Assembly (NCBI RefSeq): GCF_006345805.1
Contig: NC_042998.1
Location: forward strand, 189,224,001-189,288,000
DNA length: 64,000 nt
Reading direction: 5' to 3'
From: Octopus sinensis
Taxonomy: Eukaryota
Part shown: positions 1 to 11,049 of the stretch, piece by piece
How positions within the stretch are numbered: the stretch's first letter is position 1
How the letters are laid out: each line of letters opens with the position of its first letter
The notes under the pieces: model-generated
What the model was told of the DNA's origin: nothing
The model's input: only the letters and a program-made list of their open reading frames with translations
Databases searched by the model: none
Program-made: the position numbers and the translations under genes

Positions 1-106
1 ATCAGTTTCATTGACTTTGGTAAAGCTTTTGGTAGAATCCATCGACCCACACCCAGAGTATCAACTAAACTGGTTTTTGACATCTGAAAATTTTATAAAT
101 ACAGAT

Positions 107-308
107 GTTGTCTTGACTGGCTTCTGTGCAGGTGGCACATAAAAAGCACCCACTATACTCACGGAGTGGTTGGCATTAGGAAGGGCATCCAGCTGTAGAA
201 ATACTGCCAGATTAGACTGGAGTCTGATGCAGCCTCCTGGCTTCCCAGACCCCGGTCGAACCATCCAACCCGTGCTAGCACGGAAAATGGACGTTAAACG
301 ATGATGAC
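107..308 (+). mobile_element. RTE 3'UTR-derived repeat
   Basis: Matches the family consensus ending ggacgttaaacgatgatg. About 15 copies in the window: 12125-12400, 15928-16361, 17990-18165, 20845-21050, 29597-29750, 33975-34360, 36600-36935, 39960-40130, 47510-47992, 55940-56200, 59690-60063, 62745-62910 and others. Confidence 0.85.
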
Positions 309-989
309 GTTATGGTAAAATGACTACAACAATTGAGAATCAGTCCAAAATACACCAGCAATCAACCTTTCTTCTCACATCTCCTATTGCAACTCACTGG
401 TATAACTTAGAAATAATGACTTTGTATGGATAAAAGATAATAGTCTCTCTTAAACTGATATTTACCCATGACATTGCATGTAGTCTCAAAACAACTGGTT
501 GTGATGCAAATAGTCTTGACTAACAGCAATGAATAAACAAAATTGTGTTGCTAAGCAATCACCACTGAAGTATGAATGTCATCATAAACCAGCAAGAGAT
601 TTAAATATCTGAACATCCACAAAGCTGAATTCAGCTAATTCCAAGAGTGATGTGGACTGTGAAAGTAAGTACAGCAGACCAAGAAAGCAAAAGGAATTGG
701 TAAAATACCAGCAGCATTCAAGTATATGTAAAAAAGAATTTGGTGAAACAGAAAGATTTATGACTCAGTATTGTTTTCTTTTGTGAGTAGTTAAATTACC
801 ATTTAAATCCACTGTACTATAAACATTATGGTAAGGATTTAAAACATGGTATCTGTAAGTGGTTGTTCAATCTGCTAGAAATACCAGCTAAATCTCTCTC
901 AAATCACACCCAGCTGTCTTCAATAAAAAAAAAAGAAAGAAAGAAAAGAGGAATATGGATTATGTACTTCTAAATGTTCAAAAAAGCAT

Positions 990-1203
990 CATGTCTTGCA
1001 AACAACTTGCACATGCAAGTGCTACCAGTCAAAAACTCCGCATCCCGGAAGCCAGCAAGTGTATGGGGTCATCAGGAGAGAATGCGTGCTGTTTCGGGGC
1101 CTACCTTTCGACGACATCAATGCGCACTGGCCCCCCTCAATGATATAAGGCCCCGCTTGCTAGATCAGCTGGTTATCAAATAAAGCTCAATATTCTTCTA
1201 GCC
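990..1203. repeat. Unclassified ~200-bp dispersed repeat (second copy 52357-52549)
   Basis: Shared block atgtcttgcaaacaacttgcacatgcaagtgctaccagtc...ttctagcca. Confidence 0.75.
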
Positions 1204-2563
1204 ATCGCTCATCGTCTCTTTTTAACCAAATCCAGTGGCTGGCCTTCTCCACTGTAGTTTGGATATCGGTCATGGTGGTATTGACTTTACGATGAGTTAG
1301 GCCTAGCGATAACAACAGTCATCTCACACTGTGTCCAACGAACCCTCTACATCCAACTTCGATTGGAAAATATTCCACTTTCCAGCCTGCGTCTTCACAT
1401 TCCTTGAGGAGGTTTACATATTTTAATGACTGGAATACTTGATCATAGGCCTATCAGAAATGACCAGAAGCTAATTAATAATAACCACGAACATGACATA
1501 CCAGACTCCAAGAGAACATGGGATAAAAGTAATAGACAACTAAGATCTTTCACTTTCTGCCTACCAAACCTGCTCAAAAGGCTTTGGTTGGTCCAGGGCT
1601 ATAGTGTAAGACACTTGCCCAAGGTGCCATGCAGCATGTGGCCCCAAAACTACATGACTGGGAAGCAAACATTTTAACCACATGTATCAAGATCTAGAAC
1701 CTACAATGTTTAGGTTCATATAAGTTGTAGAAAGAAGTTTTATTAAACAATACCTTGTTATAAATTTTACATTTTCAATGGTGAATAAGTCTTGAAAAAA
1801 ATTTATTTTGACAGTCCACAAAATACCACTCAACAAATATCAAAGATGCAAGATTTTAATTAAAATAAATTTCTTATTTACATACCTGAAAATATTTTGT
1901 TACAAATTTTCTACTGATGAGATTTTACATAATTTCTCAGTAATTAGTTTTATATCTGTTCAACAAACCATCTCAGTATTTTTCTCTTCTAAATATTTGC
2001 TTATAGTTTACATGGCTTTTGAATGGAAATGATTTTCCATAAATTTCACATGTATAAGATTTTATCCTTGTAGTTTTCTTGTCATGTTTAATGAGATTGC
2101 ATTCTTTTACTTGTTTCAGTCATTTGACTGCGGCCATGCTGGAGCACCACCTCTAGTCGAGCAAATTGACACCAGGACTTATTCTTTGTAACCCTAGTAC
2201 TTATTCTATCAGTGTCTTTTGCTGAACCACTAAGTTACAAGGACGTAAACACACCAGCATCAGTTGTCAAGCAATGTTAGGAGGACAAACACAGACACAC
2301 AAACACGCACATATATATATACATATATACGATGAGCTTCTTTCAGTTTCCGATATACGATGGGCTTCTTTCAGCATCTCTATAAAAAAATTGTAATGAT
2401 AAATAACAAATCTTTTTCCAGCTTGTATTCACTCCACGCTTAGCAAATTGACAGAAACAGCATCTGATAAAATATCATTGTATTTTTCTAGGGTTTTCTG
2501 CATTCTGAGTTCAAGTCCTGCTAAGACCAGGTTTGCCCTTCAACCTTTTAGGGTCAATATATA

Positions 2564-2797
2564 TATATTTCTTTACTACCCACAAGGGGCTAAACACAGA
2601 GGGGACAAACAAGGACAGACAAACGGATTAAGTCGATTACATCGACCCCAGTGCGAAACTGGTACTTTATTTATCGACCCCGAAAGGATGAAAGGCAAAG
2701 CCGACCTCGGCGGAATTTGAACTCAGAACATAACAGCAGACGAAATACGGCTACGCATTTCGCCCGGCACGCTAACGTTTCTGCCAGCTCGCCGCCC
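2564..2797 (-). mobile_element. Same SINE family, 16-bp TSD, nested in an older SINE
   Basis: TSD ttagggtcaatatata at 2548-2563 and 2798-2813. Further copies at 7322-7721 (tandem pair), 9110-9265, 11690-11848, 24830-24915, 31826-32049. Confidence 0.88.
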
Positions 2798-3334
2798 TTA
2801 GGGTCAATATATACAGCAGACTGGAGCAAGCATCAAATATGATGTGTTGCAGTATTTTGTTATGTTCTTTGCTTAATGAAATGAAATTACATCATGACCT
2901 TCTTGGACATAAGACTTAAACCATCACCCAGTTTAACACTAGCACCTGGTCCTTGAGTGCTTTTAGTATAATCCACTTTGTTACAAGTCTCCTTTTAGTC
3001 TCAGAGTCCATGGAAAGAGTCATAGTCAGTGTCCTTCCTAGTGATAAAGCAATAAAAAAATTGTACCAAATGGTTCTCCACATATTTCATATAATTTTTT
3101 TTTTTTTTTTTACCAGTGTCTAATCATTAATCCTTTGGATTTTGTAAATATTTGAATAAAAATACTTATAATTTTAATAAATATTTACAGAGACTCAAAT
3201 AAACTCCCATTTGAGAGAACATTTGAAACCCGATGAAAATTCACATAGAACCATTTCTAAAATATATTTTACCACATTCTCGAATGTGTACCTGTTGGTA
3301 GGTGTTTAGATTTTCAAAAGCAGGATTTCTCACA

Positions 3335-5122
3335 TCAGTGAAAAGGCTTTCCCTCAGTGTGTACCCGTTCATGCCTTTTCAAGAGACTGTTCGTAACGAA
3401 TGATTTTTCACATACTTCACATCTGTAGTGTTTGCCTCCCGTGTGAATTCGTTCGTGTCGGTTCAAATCACTATTATTCACAAAAGATTTCCCGCATATT
3501 TCACAGCAGTACGGCTTTTCTCCAGTGTGTCTACGTTTGTGAACTAGAAGACTAGAACTAACCGAGAATGACTTATCGCATATATCACAGTGGTACGGTT
3601 TTTCTCCCGTGTGTGCTCGCTTGTGAATTGTAAGATGAGAGTTTTCCACGAAAGATTTTCCACATATCTCACAGTGAAACGGATTTTCCCCAGTATGAAT
3701 CCGTTTGTGAACAACAAGACTCGAATTAACAGAGAATGATTTTCCACATATTTCACAGTGATAGGGTTTCTCTCCAGTGTGGGCTCGTTTGTGAATAACA
3801 ACATTCGAATGCTTAATGAAAGACTTTCCACAGATATCACAGTGATATGGTTTTTCTCCAGAGTGTATTCTACTATGCGTCGTTAAATTGCTGTTGGACA
3901 CAAAAGATTTCCCGCAGATTTCACAACAATATGGTTTTTCTCCCGTATGGCTTCGTATGTGGATCGTCAACCGAGAGTTTTCTATGAAAGACAGCCCACA
4001 TATTTCACAATGAAACAGGTTCTGCCCTGTGTGTATTCGTTTATGCGTTGTTAAATTACTATTAGAAACAAAACATTTTCCACAGATTTCACAATGATAC
4101 GGTTTTTCCCCCGTGTGTATTCGTTTATGTCTCGTTAAATTACTGCTGAACACAAAAGATTTTCCGCAGATTTCACAGTAGTATGGTCTTTCCCCACTAT
4201 GTATCCTTTTGTGTATTATTAAATTAGTCTTCGAGACAAAATATTTGCCACAGATTTCACAACGATAAGCTTTTTCTCCCGTGTGCACAATTTTGTGTGT
4301 TTTTAAGTGGTCGTTTGACGTGAAGCACTTACCGCATGTTTCACAATGAAATGGTTTTTCCCCAGTATGAATTCGTTTGTGAGTTGTCAAATTACCATTT
4401 GTCACAAATGCTTTACCGCAGATCTCACAGCAAAAAGGTTTTTCCCCAGTATGAATTCTGCTATGAGTTCTCAGCTGATTGTTAGACACAAAGGATTTCC
4501 CGCATACTTCACAGCAATACGGTTTAGTGTGAATTCTTTGGTGGATAGCGAGCTTAGAACTTTTAATGAAAGATTTCCCGCATAGTTCACAGTGGAACAG
4601 GTTTTCTCCCGTGTGTAACCTGTTATGAGATTTCAAGTGAGCATTAAAAACAAAGCATTTCCCGCATATTTCACAGCGATAAGGTTTTTCTCCCGTGTGA
4701 ACCCTTTTATGGATAGTAAGTTGTGAATTTCTAAAGAATGATTTCCCGCACACTTCACAATGAAACAAGCTTTCTCTACAATGTATTCTCTGATGTGCTT
4801 TTAACTGACCATTAGTAATAAAGGATTTCTCACATAGTTCACAGTGGTAGGCCTTTTCTCCGGTGTGTCTACGGACATGGACAACAAGATTCGAATTGTT
4901 ACTAAAAGATTTACCACATGTCTCACAATGGAACGGTTTTTCTCCCGTGTGTATTATTCTGTGACTGGTTAAATTGCTGTTAGAGATAAAAGACTTACCG
5001 CATATTGCACAACGGAATGGTTTTTCTCCGGTGTGACTACGCTTGTGGACCATAAAATGTGAATTTTTCGTGAAAGATTTCCCACATATCTGACAGTGAA
5101 ACGGGTTTTGCCCAGGGTGCAT
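3335..5122 (-). CDS. C2H2 zinc-finger protein, 21 tandem fingers, 595 aa, uninterrupted ORF, no effector domain visible
   Basis: 21 repeats of (F/Y)-x-C-x2-C-x3-F-x5-L-x2-H-x3-H with TGEKP-like linkers (7+21x23+98+7=595 aa). In-frame TAA lies 5 codons upstream of the ATG. Confidence 0.95.
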   Translation of the reverse strand: MHPGQNPFHCQICGKSFTKNSHFMVHKRSHTGEKPFRCAICGKSFISNSNLTSHRIIHTGEKPFHCETCGKSFSNNSNLVVHVRRHTGEKAYHCELCEKSFITNGQLKAHQRIHCRESLFHCEVCGKSFFRNSQLTIHKRVHTGEKPYRCEICGKCFVFNAHLKSHNRLHTGENLFHCELCGKSFIKSSKLAIHQRIHTKPYCCEVCGKSFVSNNQLRTHSRIHTGEKPFCCEICGKAFVTNGNLTTHKRIHTGEKPFHCETCGKCFTSNDHLKTHKIVHTGEKAYRCEICGKYFVSKTNLIIHKRIHSGERPYYCEICGKSFVFSSNLTRHKRIHTGEKPYHCEICGKCFVSNSNLTTHKRIHTGQNLFHCEICGLSFIENSRLTIHIRSHTGEKPYCCEICGKSFVSNSNLTTHSRIHSGEKPYHCDICGKSFIKHSNVVIHKRAHTGEKPYHCEICGKSFSVNSSLVVHKRIHTGENPFHCEICGKSFVENSHLTIHKRAHTGEKPYHCDICDKSFSVSSSLLVHKRRHTGEKPYCCEICGKSFVNNSDLNRHERIHTGGKHYRCEVCEKSFVTNSLLKRHERVHTEGKPFH

Positions 5123-5329
5123 TGTTTTGTCTTGTTAAAATACCGTCGAAGACAAAAGAATTTCCATATTTCAGTCCGATATTTTTTTTTTCTACTGTGT
5201 ATTTGTTCCTACGTGAAAGACAATGTTTTGAACGTCTTCCTACAGAGAAGGACAACAATGTTCAGAAATATTCACAATATTCAGAAGTCTGTCTGCGTAA
5301 AGGTTTCTCACAACTGCATATTCTTGTAA

Positions 5330-5808
5330 CTGAGTCAATATTAAAAACAGTCATATTATTATTATCATAGTGATTAACAATCTCCATGTTAATTATCGAA
5401 AAATTATTGAAATTGGAGGAATGTCTGTGAGTATAAATCAGTTATGGTTTGGTTCCTTGTTTCGGATATCATAAGCTTATATTTATTTATACGCGTGTAA
5501 ATTATCCTCTTTACTCCAAGAATGTTTTTGATTGCATCCCCTTTTGATCACAAAAAAAGGACTTCTACTTTAAGAATGTGTTGGAATATGGTTGATGAGG
5601 ATACACCAAAGGCATTGGTCCGAATAAAAACAAAACACAGAAAAAAATAGAGCAAAAACGAAAAACTGAGAAAGGGTGATACGAGTAAAATGAAAAACAA
5701 ATTCATGAAAAAAAGTAAAATAAAATTTTAGAGGATGAAACGGAGTCGATGAAATGCTTCGAGTTTCTGTTTATGCGCTGCTGTGTGTAAATGCTGCAAC
5801 ATACATAC
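5330..5808 (-). other. Possible 5'UTR intron of the zinc-finger gene
   Basis: Minus-strand donor G|GTATGT at 5808 and acceptor tttttaatattgactcAG at 5330; no transcript support. Confidence 0.3.
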
Positions 5809-6048
5809 CCGCGTGTGATTACAGAGGTGTATAATATGGAATAACCAGATTTCAGTGTGTGTTATTGTCTTAAAGTACAAACAAAAAAGTCTCCACACTA
5901 CAAGGCAAATTTCGATATTTCAGTTTCTTTTTAACCCTCTTTTAGAGAGAGATTCATTAATAATAATAGTGTTAATTATTTTGTATTATTATTATCTCTG
6001 TTTCTGTTGTAATTCGCATGGGATTTCTTAATTGACATTAAATCGGAC

Positions 6049-6060
6049 TGCGCATGCGCA
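6049..6060. promoter_or_regulatory. NRF1/Ewg-type palindromic site, probable promoter of the zinc-finger gene
   Basis: Perfect TGCGCATGCGCA, matching the NRF1 consensus, about 0.9 kb upstream of the ZNF ATG. Confidence 0.6.
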
Positions 6061-6090
6061 AAGGTTAAATCAAGTCGGATTGTCAAAGTT

Positions 6091-6311
6091 CCCTTTCGTT
6101 ACTGTATTTATTTTGAGATGCTCTGTGTTTCTTTCAATTACTTTAAATTATAACAAAGAATTTAGTAAAATAACTACGTTATCATTCAGCTAGTGTTAGG
6201 AGCATAAATTGTAACTAAGGTTTGGTGGAAGATTTTAATTCAAAACTTATGAAAACAAGACATTTGTACTCAGAGCCAGAGCCGGTTTCAGCCGGGTTGG
6301 TAACGAAAGGG
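6091..6311. mobile_element. piggyBac-like MITE
   Basis: TIR CCCTTTCGTTAC/GTAACGAAAGGG; TTAA on the right (6312-6315), left TTAA not intact. Confidence 0.7.
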
Positions 6312-6869
6312 TTAAACAATTTTTGATATTTTTAACTCATATTTGGTTTGTTGTTTTCTTCTGTTGAATGTTAAAATGTTTAAAATTTTATTTGCTCATC
6401 GTAGCAGTGCACTAGCAGAAACTCAATACGTTTCATCATTTCATTTCACGTCTCAGTTTTATGTTTTTGTATTGGACGTGTGTGAATCAGACCGTCTTCG
6501 GATAAACGTTATAAAATTGCTGATATCTTTGACAGATTCCGTTTCGTTTGAATGGCACCGATAATGTACGTTAAAGGTTACTTTCAACTATACTCAACCT
6601 ATGGTAAATGAAAAAGCACTGCCTGGCAAAATAACTGTCATGAACAACGAGCGGGTGTTTATGAAATCGTTCGACCTACTACGTAGAGCAGCGAAACCCA
6701 CCTCAAAACCACAGCCTTCAGTTTTTTAAAAAAAGCAGTCGTTTTAGATATTAAAAAAAAAACTGGATAGTCACGATTAGAATGCCATTGATGTTAGATA
6801 ACTGAAATTCATGTGTAATTACAGACAGTATTCAACAACATTCAACAAGAGAATTCCGCAGTACTTTTA

Positions 6870-7190
6870 GGACAACCAAGCACCTTCACGGACATTACCT
6901 GACACTTAGGTAAGGCGGGCTGCCAACGATGACAAGAACTTCGCTGTTAGCGACCCAACCTCTCCAAACATCTCAAACGAACATCACGGGAAGAAATGGT
7001 TCATTGACAAGATCCGATACTTAAGGATTTTGTTCCGTTCGGTTACGGAAACAGTGACTCTCCCTATTTACAGCAGCATCCAAGATATGGGAGGGAGCAA
7101 AGGAATCACAGACTGTGGTGTCCCAGATGAGACACCTACTTCTTACCCAGGGATAAAGGGTACGACCATCTGGTTTCTTCCCATCATTGA
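6870..7190 (-). mobile_element. CRE-clade non-LTR retrotransposon 3' fragment (restriction-like endonuclease domain), degenerate
   Basis: Translates NDGKKPDGRTLYPWVRSRCLIWDTTVCDSFAPSHI / ERNKILKYRILS..FEMFGEVG..FLSSLAARL..REGAWL with frameshifts and stops. Confidence 0.72.
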
Positions 7191-7722
7191 GCTCCGCATT
7201 TCAATTGCATTCAGAGTGGAAGCTGACATCTGTTGGAGACTGAGATGTCGCTGTGGCAGGTCCCTTCGACTCCACAAACCTCCATGGTTTGTCTTGTCAC
7301 CTAAATGCTGGTGGTTTTTTTTTTTTTCTTTACTGCCACAGAGGGGACAAACAAGGACAGACAAACGGATTATGTCGATTATATCGACCCCAGTGCGTAA
7401 TTGGTACTTATTTAATCGACCCCGAAAGGATGAAAGGCAAAGTCGACCTCGGCAGGATTTGAACTCAGAACGTAGCGGCAGAGGAAATACCTATTGCTTT
7501 ATTACCCACAAGGGGCTAAACACAGAGGGGACAAACAAGGACAGACATAGGTATTAAGTCGATTACATCGACCCCAGTGCGTAACTGGTACTTAATTTAT
7601 CGACCCCGAAAGGATGAAAGGCAAAGTCGACCTCGGCGGAATTTGAACTCACAACGTAACGGCAGACGAAATACCGCTAAGCATTTCGCCCGGCGTGCTA
7701 ACGTTTCTGCCAGCTCGCCGCT

Positions 7723-8230
7723 GGTCGTTTCGCTCGTCACACTGAGCTAAACTTAATCATTAAGTGGGCCCTGACTCTGGTTAATGTCTTCGGTTCTGGA
7801 GTTGTCAGGATTATCCAGAAGTGATGGGAAGAAACCAGTTGGCTTTACCATTTGTCCCTGGCTAAGAGATAGGTATCTCATTTCTGACTCTTTTGCTCCT
7901 TCCCACATCCTGGAAGCTCCTATAAATAGGAGGGTCACTACTTCCGAAGCCGAACGGAACAAAATCTTCATGTTTCGGGACTTATCATTGAACCATTTAT
8001 TCCAGCTTGTGACGTTTGGAGTGGCTGGACCGCTAACAGAGAAGTTCTTGACATCGTTGGCGGCTCGCTTTCTGTGAGGGTGCTTGGCTGTTCCAACACC
8101 TTAGCCTCGCCATCAACCGTGGTAATGCAGCGAATGCGTTGGCTTAATTCAGTAGGTTCTATTGAACCTTGTGATGTGCAACCAGTTGGGGCACTTGGTG
8201 TTGAATTGAGGTTTTTTTCTTTCTTTCTTT
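7723..8230 (+). mobile_element. CRE-clade non-LTR retrotransposon 3' fragment, second copy
   Basis: GRFARHTELNLIIKWAL / LELSGLSRSDGKKPVGFTICPW..DSFAPSHI..ERNKIF..FLTSLAARF / LFQHLSLAINRGNAA*, typical of the CRE RLE C-terminus. Confidence 0.75.
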
Positions 8231-8457
8231 GCTCATTGTTTTTCTTTTATTTGTTTGTCGTTTGACTGCGGCCATGCTAGGACACCGCCTTTAGTCGAAC
8301 AAATCGACCCCAGGACTTATTCTTTGTAAGCCTAGTATGAATACTACCGGTCTCTTTTGCCGAACCGCTAAGTTACAGGGACGTAAACACACCAACATCG
8401 GTTGTCAAGCGATGGTGGGGGACTAACACAGACACACATAAATATATGTGTGTGTGT

Positions 8458-8700
8458 GGAGGCTCGTGGCTTAGTGGTTAGGGTGTCAGCACCATGATCG
8501 TAAGATTGTGGTTTCGATTCCTGGACCGGGCAACGCGTTGTGTTCTTGAGCAAAGCATTTCATTTCACGTTGCTCCAGTCCACTCAGCTGACAAAAATGA
8601 GTAACGTTGCGATGGACTGGCGTCCCGTCCAGCTGGGGAACACATACGCCATAGAAACCGGGCCTATGAGTCTGGCTAGGCTTTAAAACGGCGCATTTAT
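8458..8700 (+). mobile_element. Third tRNA-derived SINE nested in the microsatellite of the 8260-8890 SINE
   Basis: gtggcttagtggttagggtgtc (A box) and gtttcgattcc (B box), then gcgatggactggcgtcccgtccag. Confidence 0.75.
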
Positions 8701-8709
8701 TTTATTTTA

Positions 8710-8750
<41 letters not shown>

Positions 8751-9545
8751 CGGGCTTCTTTCACTTACTGTCTACCAAATCCACTCACAAAGTTTTGGTC
8801 GGCCCGAGGCTAGAGTAGAAGACACTTGTCCAAGGTGCCCTGAACCCGGGACCATGTGGTTGGTAAGCAACTTACTTACCACACAGCCACTCTTTTTTGT
8901 TTGTTGTTTTCATTTTAATGTGGTTTTGTATTATATATGAAACACATACATACATGTTGTTATATAGGCAATAAAAGAATTGACTTTCCAGACATGGAAG
9001 ACACGCTGGGATTGCTCTTCATCGTGCAAAAAGGAGTGAATATAAACATTTCATGAAATACGTGTCTTACTGGATTACTAATGAATTTGTAGGAAGAACC
9101 CTTCTAGTACCTATTTCTTTATTACCCACAAGGGGCTAAACATAGAGGAGACAAACATGGACAGACATAGGTATTAAGTCGATTATATCGACCCCAGTGC
9201 TTAACTGGTACTTAATTTATCGACCCCGAAAGGATGAAAGGCAAAGTCGACCTCGGCGGAATTTGATACCACCTTATACCATTGAGCTAAACAACAAAAG
9301 CTACAAAAATTTTCCGCACAATTTGATATGCACCACAGAGAATCACTGGAAAATTATTTTTTGGAATTCTGGAATATCTCGAATCACGCATATAAAGCTA
9401 TAAATAACAGCAAATACATACTGGGTTGAAAAATTGTTTCGGACAGAAACAGTCGAAGTTTGCCTGTGGGACTCGAAGCCAAAAATCCTACAGACATGAC
9501 AGGCGTTCTACCACAGCTGCCTTTGACTTTTTCTGCCCGAAGCAG

Positions 9546-9955
9546 GGATCTTTTCGGTTTGAACGGCAGTTTTTTCTAGCGGTGTCATATGAAATTGTCA
9601 CCCATAATTATGACCCTAGTATCGATCTATTTGCATTTCAATCTGTTTTAGGTTTAGGGGTGGGGGGAAGGGTATCTTTTTTTCTTCACAAATGTAAATA
9701 AACCCAATCTGTTTCTTAAACGAGGGACATATTCATACGGCACAGAATGTTTTTTACCTCAATAGACGTCAGTGATTGGTTGAAATTGCAGAAATTGAAG
9801 GAAAAAAACAACAAATATCTTACAAACTATAGAATTTTCTCAATAAAGCCAAGAGAAAAAGATGTTTTAAACACATTCTACCAGTATACGAAATTTATAA
9901 TTTTTTAGTTATCTGGAAATTATGTTAAAAACTACCGTTCAAACCGAAAAGATCC
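9546..9955. mobile_element. MITE with ~21-bp TIR and 8-bp TSD (hAT-like)
   Basis: GGATCTTTTCGGTTTGAACGG ... CCGTTCAAACCGAAAAGATCC flanked by cgaagcag at 9538-9545 and 9956-9963. Confidence 0.8.
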
Positions 9956-10941
9956 CGAAGCAGTTTTTCAACCCAATATTTACATGCTAATATTTATAGC
10001 TTTATGGGTGTGCTTCGCGATATTCCAAAAAAAGAATCTGTGTGTGTGTTGAAATACACTGATATTGGAATTGTTGTTTAACGTCATGTAAGCTCTGATT
10101 GGACATACCATTGACTAAAGGCTTTCCATCCGTGACCACATTGTGTGGTGAGATGTGAGGGATATTTGGCTTCTATTTCTAGCTGATCGAGTCATTGTCG
10201 AGACGCTTTCTCAAGGGAGGTAATTCTAATTGCATGTTTTGGTTTGTCCCTGCGAGAAAGTTCGTGTGACTACATTTGCTAATATCAATGCTTCGGTGAA
10301 CGGCCTTGCAGGTAACATCTTTTACAATTAGAATATTTCAAGAACATAACGTTACAGAATCACAGGATGCTAATGACCTTACTGTGTTTTAAACAATTCA
10401 GAATTATTTCGTTTTGATTTTTTTAAATATTGTTTCATGTACCGCCTATGTTCGTCCTCACATAGAATTATTCACAGACTTTCATCATAAACTTCATTCT
10501 TTCTCTCGGGGACGTCTTGTCCAAAACATTATACTTCATTTCGTTTTACTGAACAACTTATAAATCTTTTGGTTTTCTTTTTCTGTGTCTATTTCCAATC
10601 CGATTCTTACCGGAGACAGACTAACATTAACGCCCCAATTCTGGTAACTAACTACCTTTAATTATATCTGTCCCTTATTTTTCTTATGCTATTACACAAT
10701 GAAAACTATACTAACGTAATGGAACATTATGAAATGACTATTTTGAATAAATACCCAATCTTGATAATGAGCATTATTTTATTCATTGTATTCATAACGA
10801 TAATACAATATTATAATTTAATAGACCTATGTCTCTTTCTTCCCTTAATTCCTTTTTAATGGTCTACGCAACTGGACGAAATAGCTAATTGAACGCAGTA
10901 GGAACTGAATTAAAATTTTTCACTTGTATTAATGAAAGAAG

Positions 10942-10996
10942 TATTGTCAAGGTACTACTAGCAAACAGTGTACCGTCTAGTAGTACCTATTGTCAA
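10942..10996. mobile_element. 37-bp micro-element: 11-bp TIR, 9-bp TSD
   Basis: tattgtcaa|GGTACTACTAG-15 nt-CTAGTAGTACC|tattgtcaa. Confidence 0.65.
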
Positions 10997-11049
10997 TTTA
11001 TTATGACGCAATTTTTGAAGACCTTACACATCCTGTTAAATTAGCTTAA

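Noticed and set aside
1065-1110. CTGATGA and GAAAC on the minus strand of the 200-bp repeat
   Set aside because: Order and spacing (GAAAC 15 nt before CTGATGA) do not fit a hammerhead topology and the stems do not pair.
3314-3337. Stop-codon readthrough or selenocysteine at the ZNF TGA
   Set aside because: A second in-frame TGA follows after 6 codons and the finger is broken by deletion.
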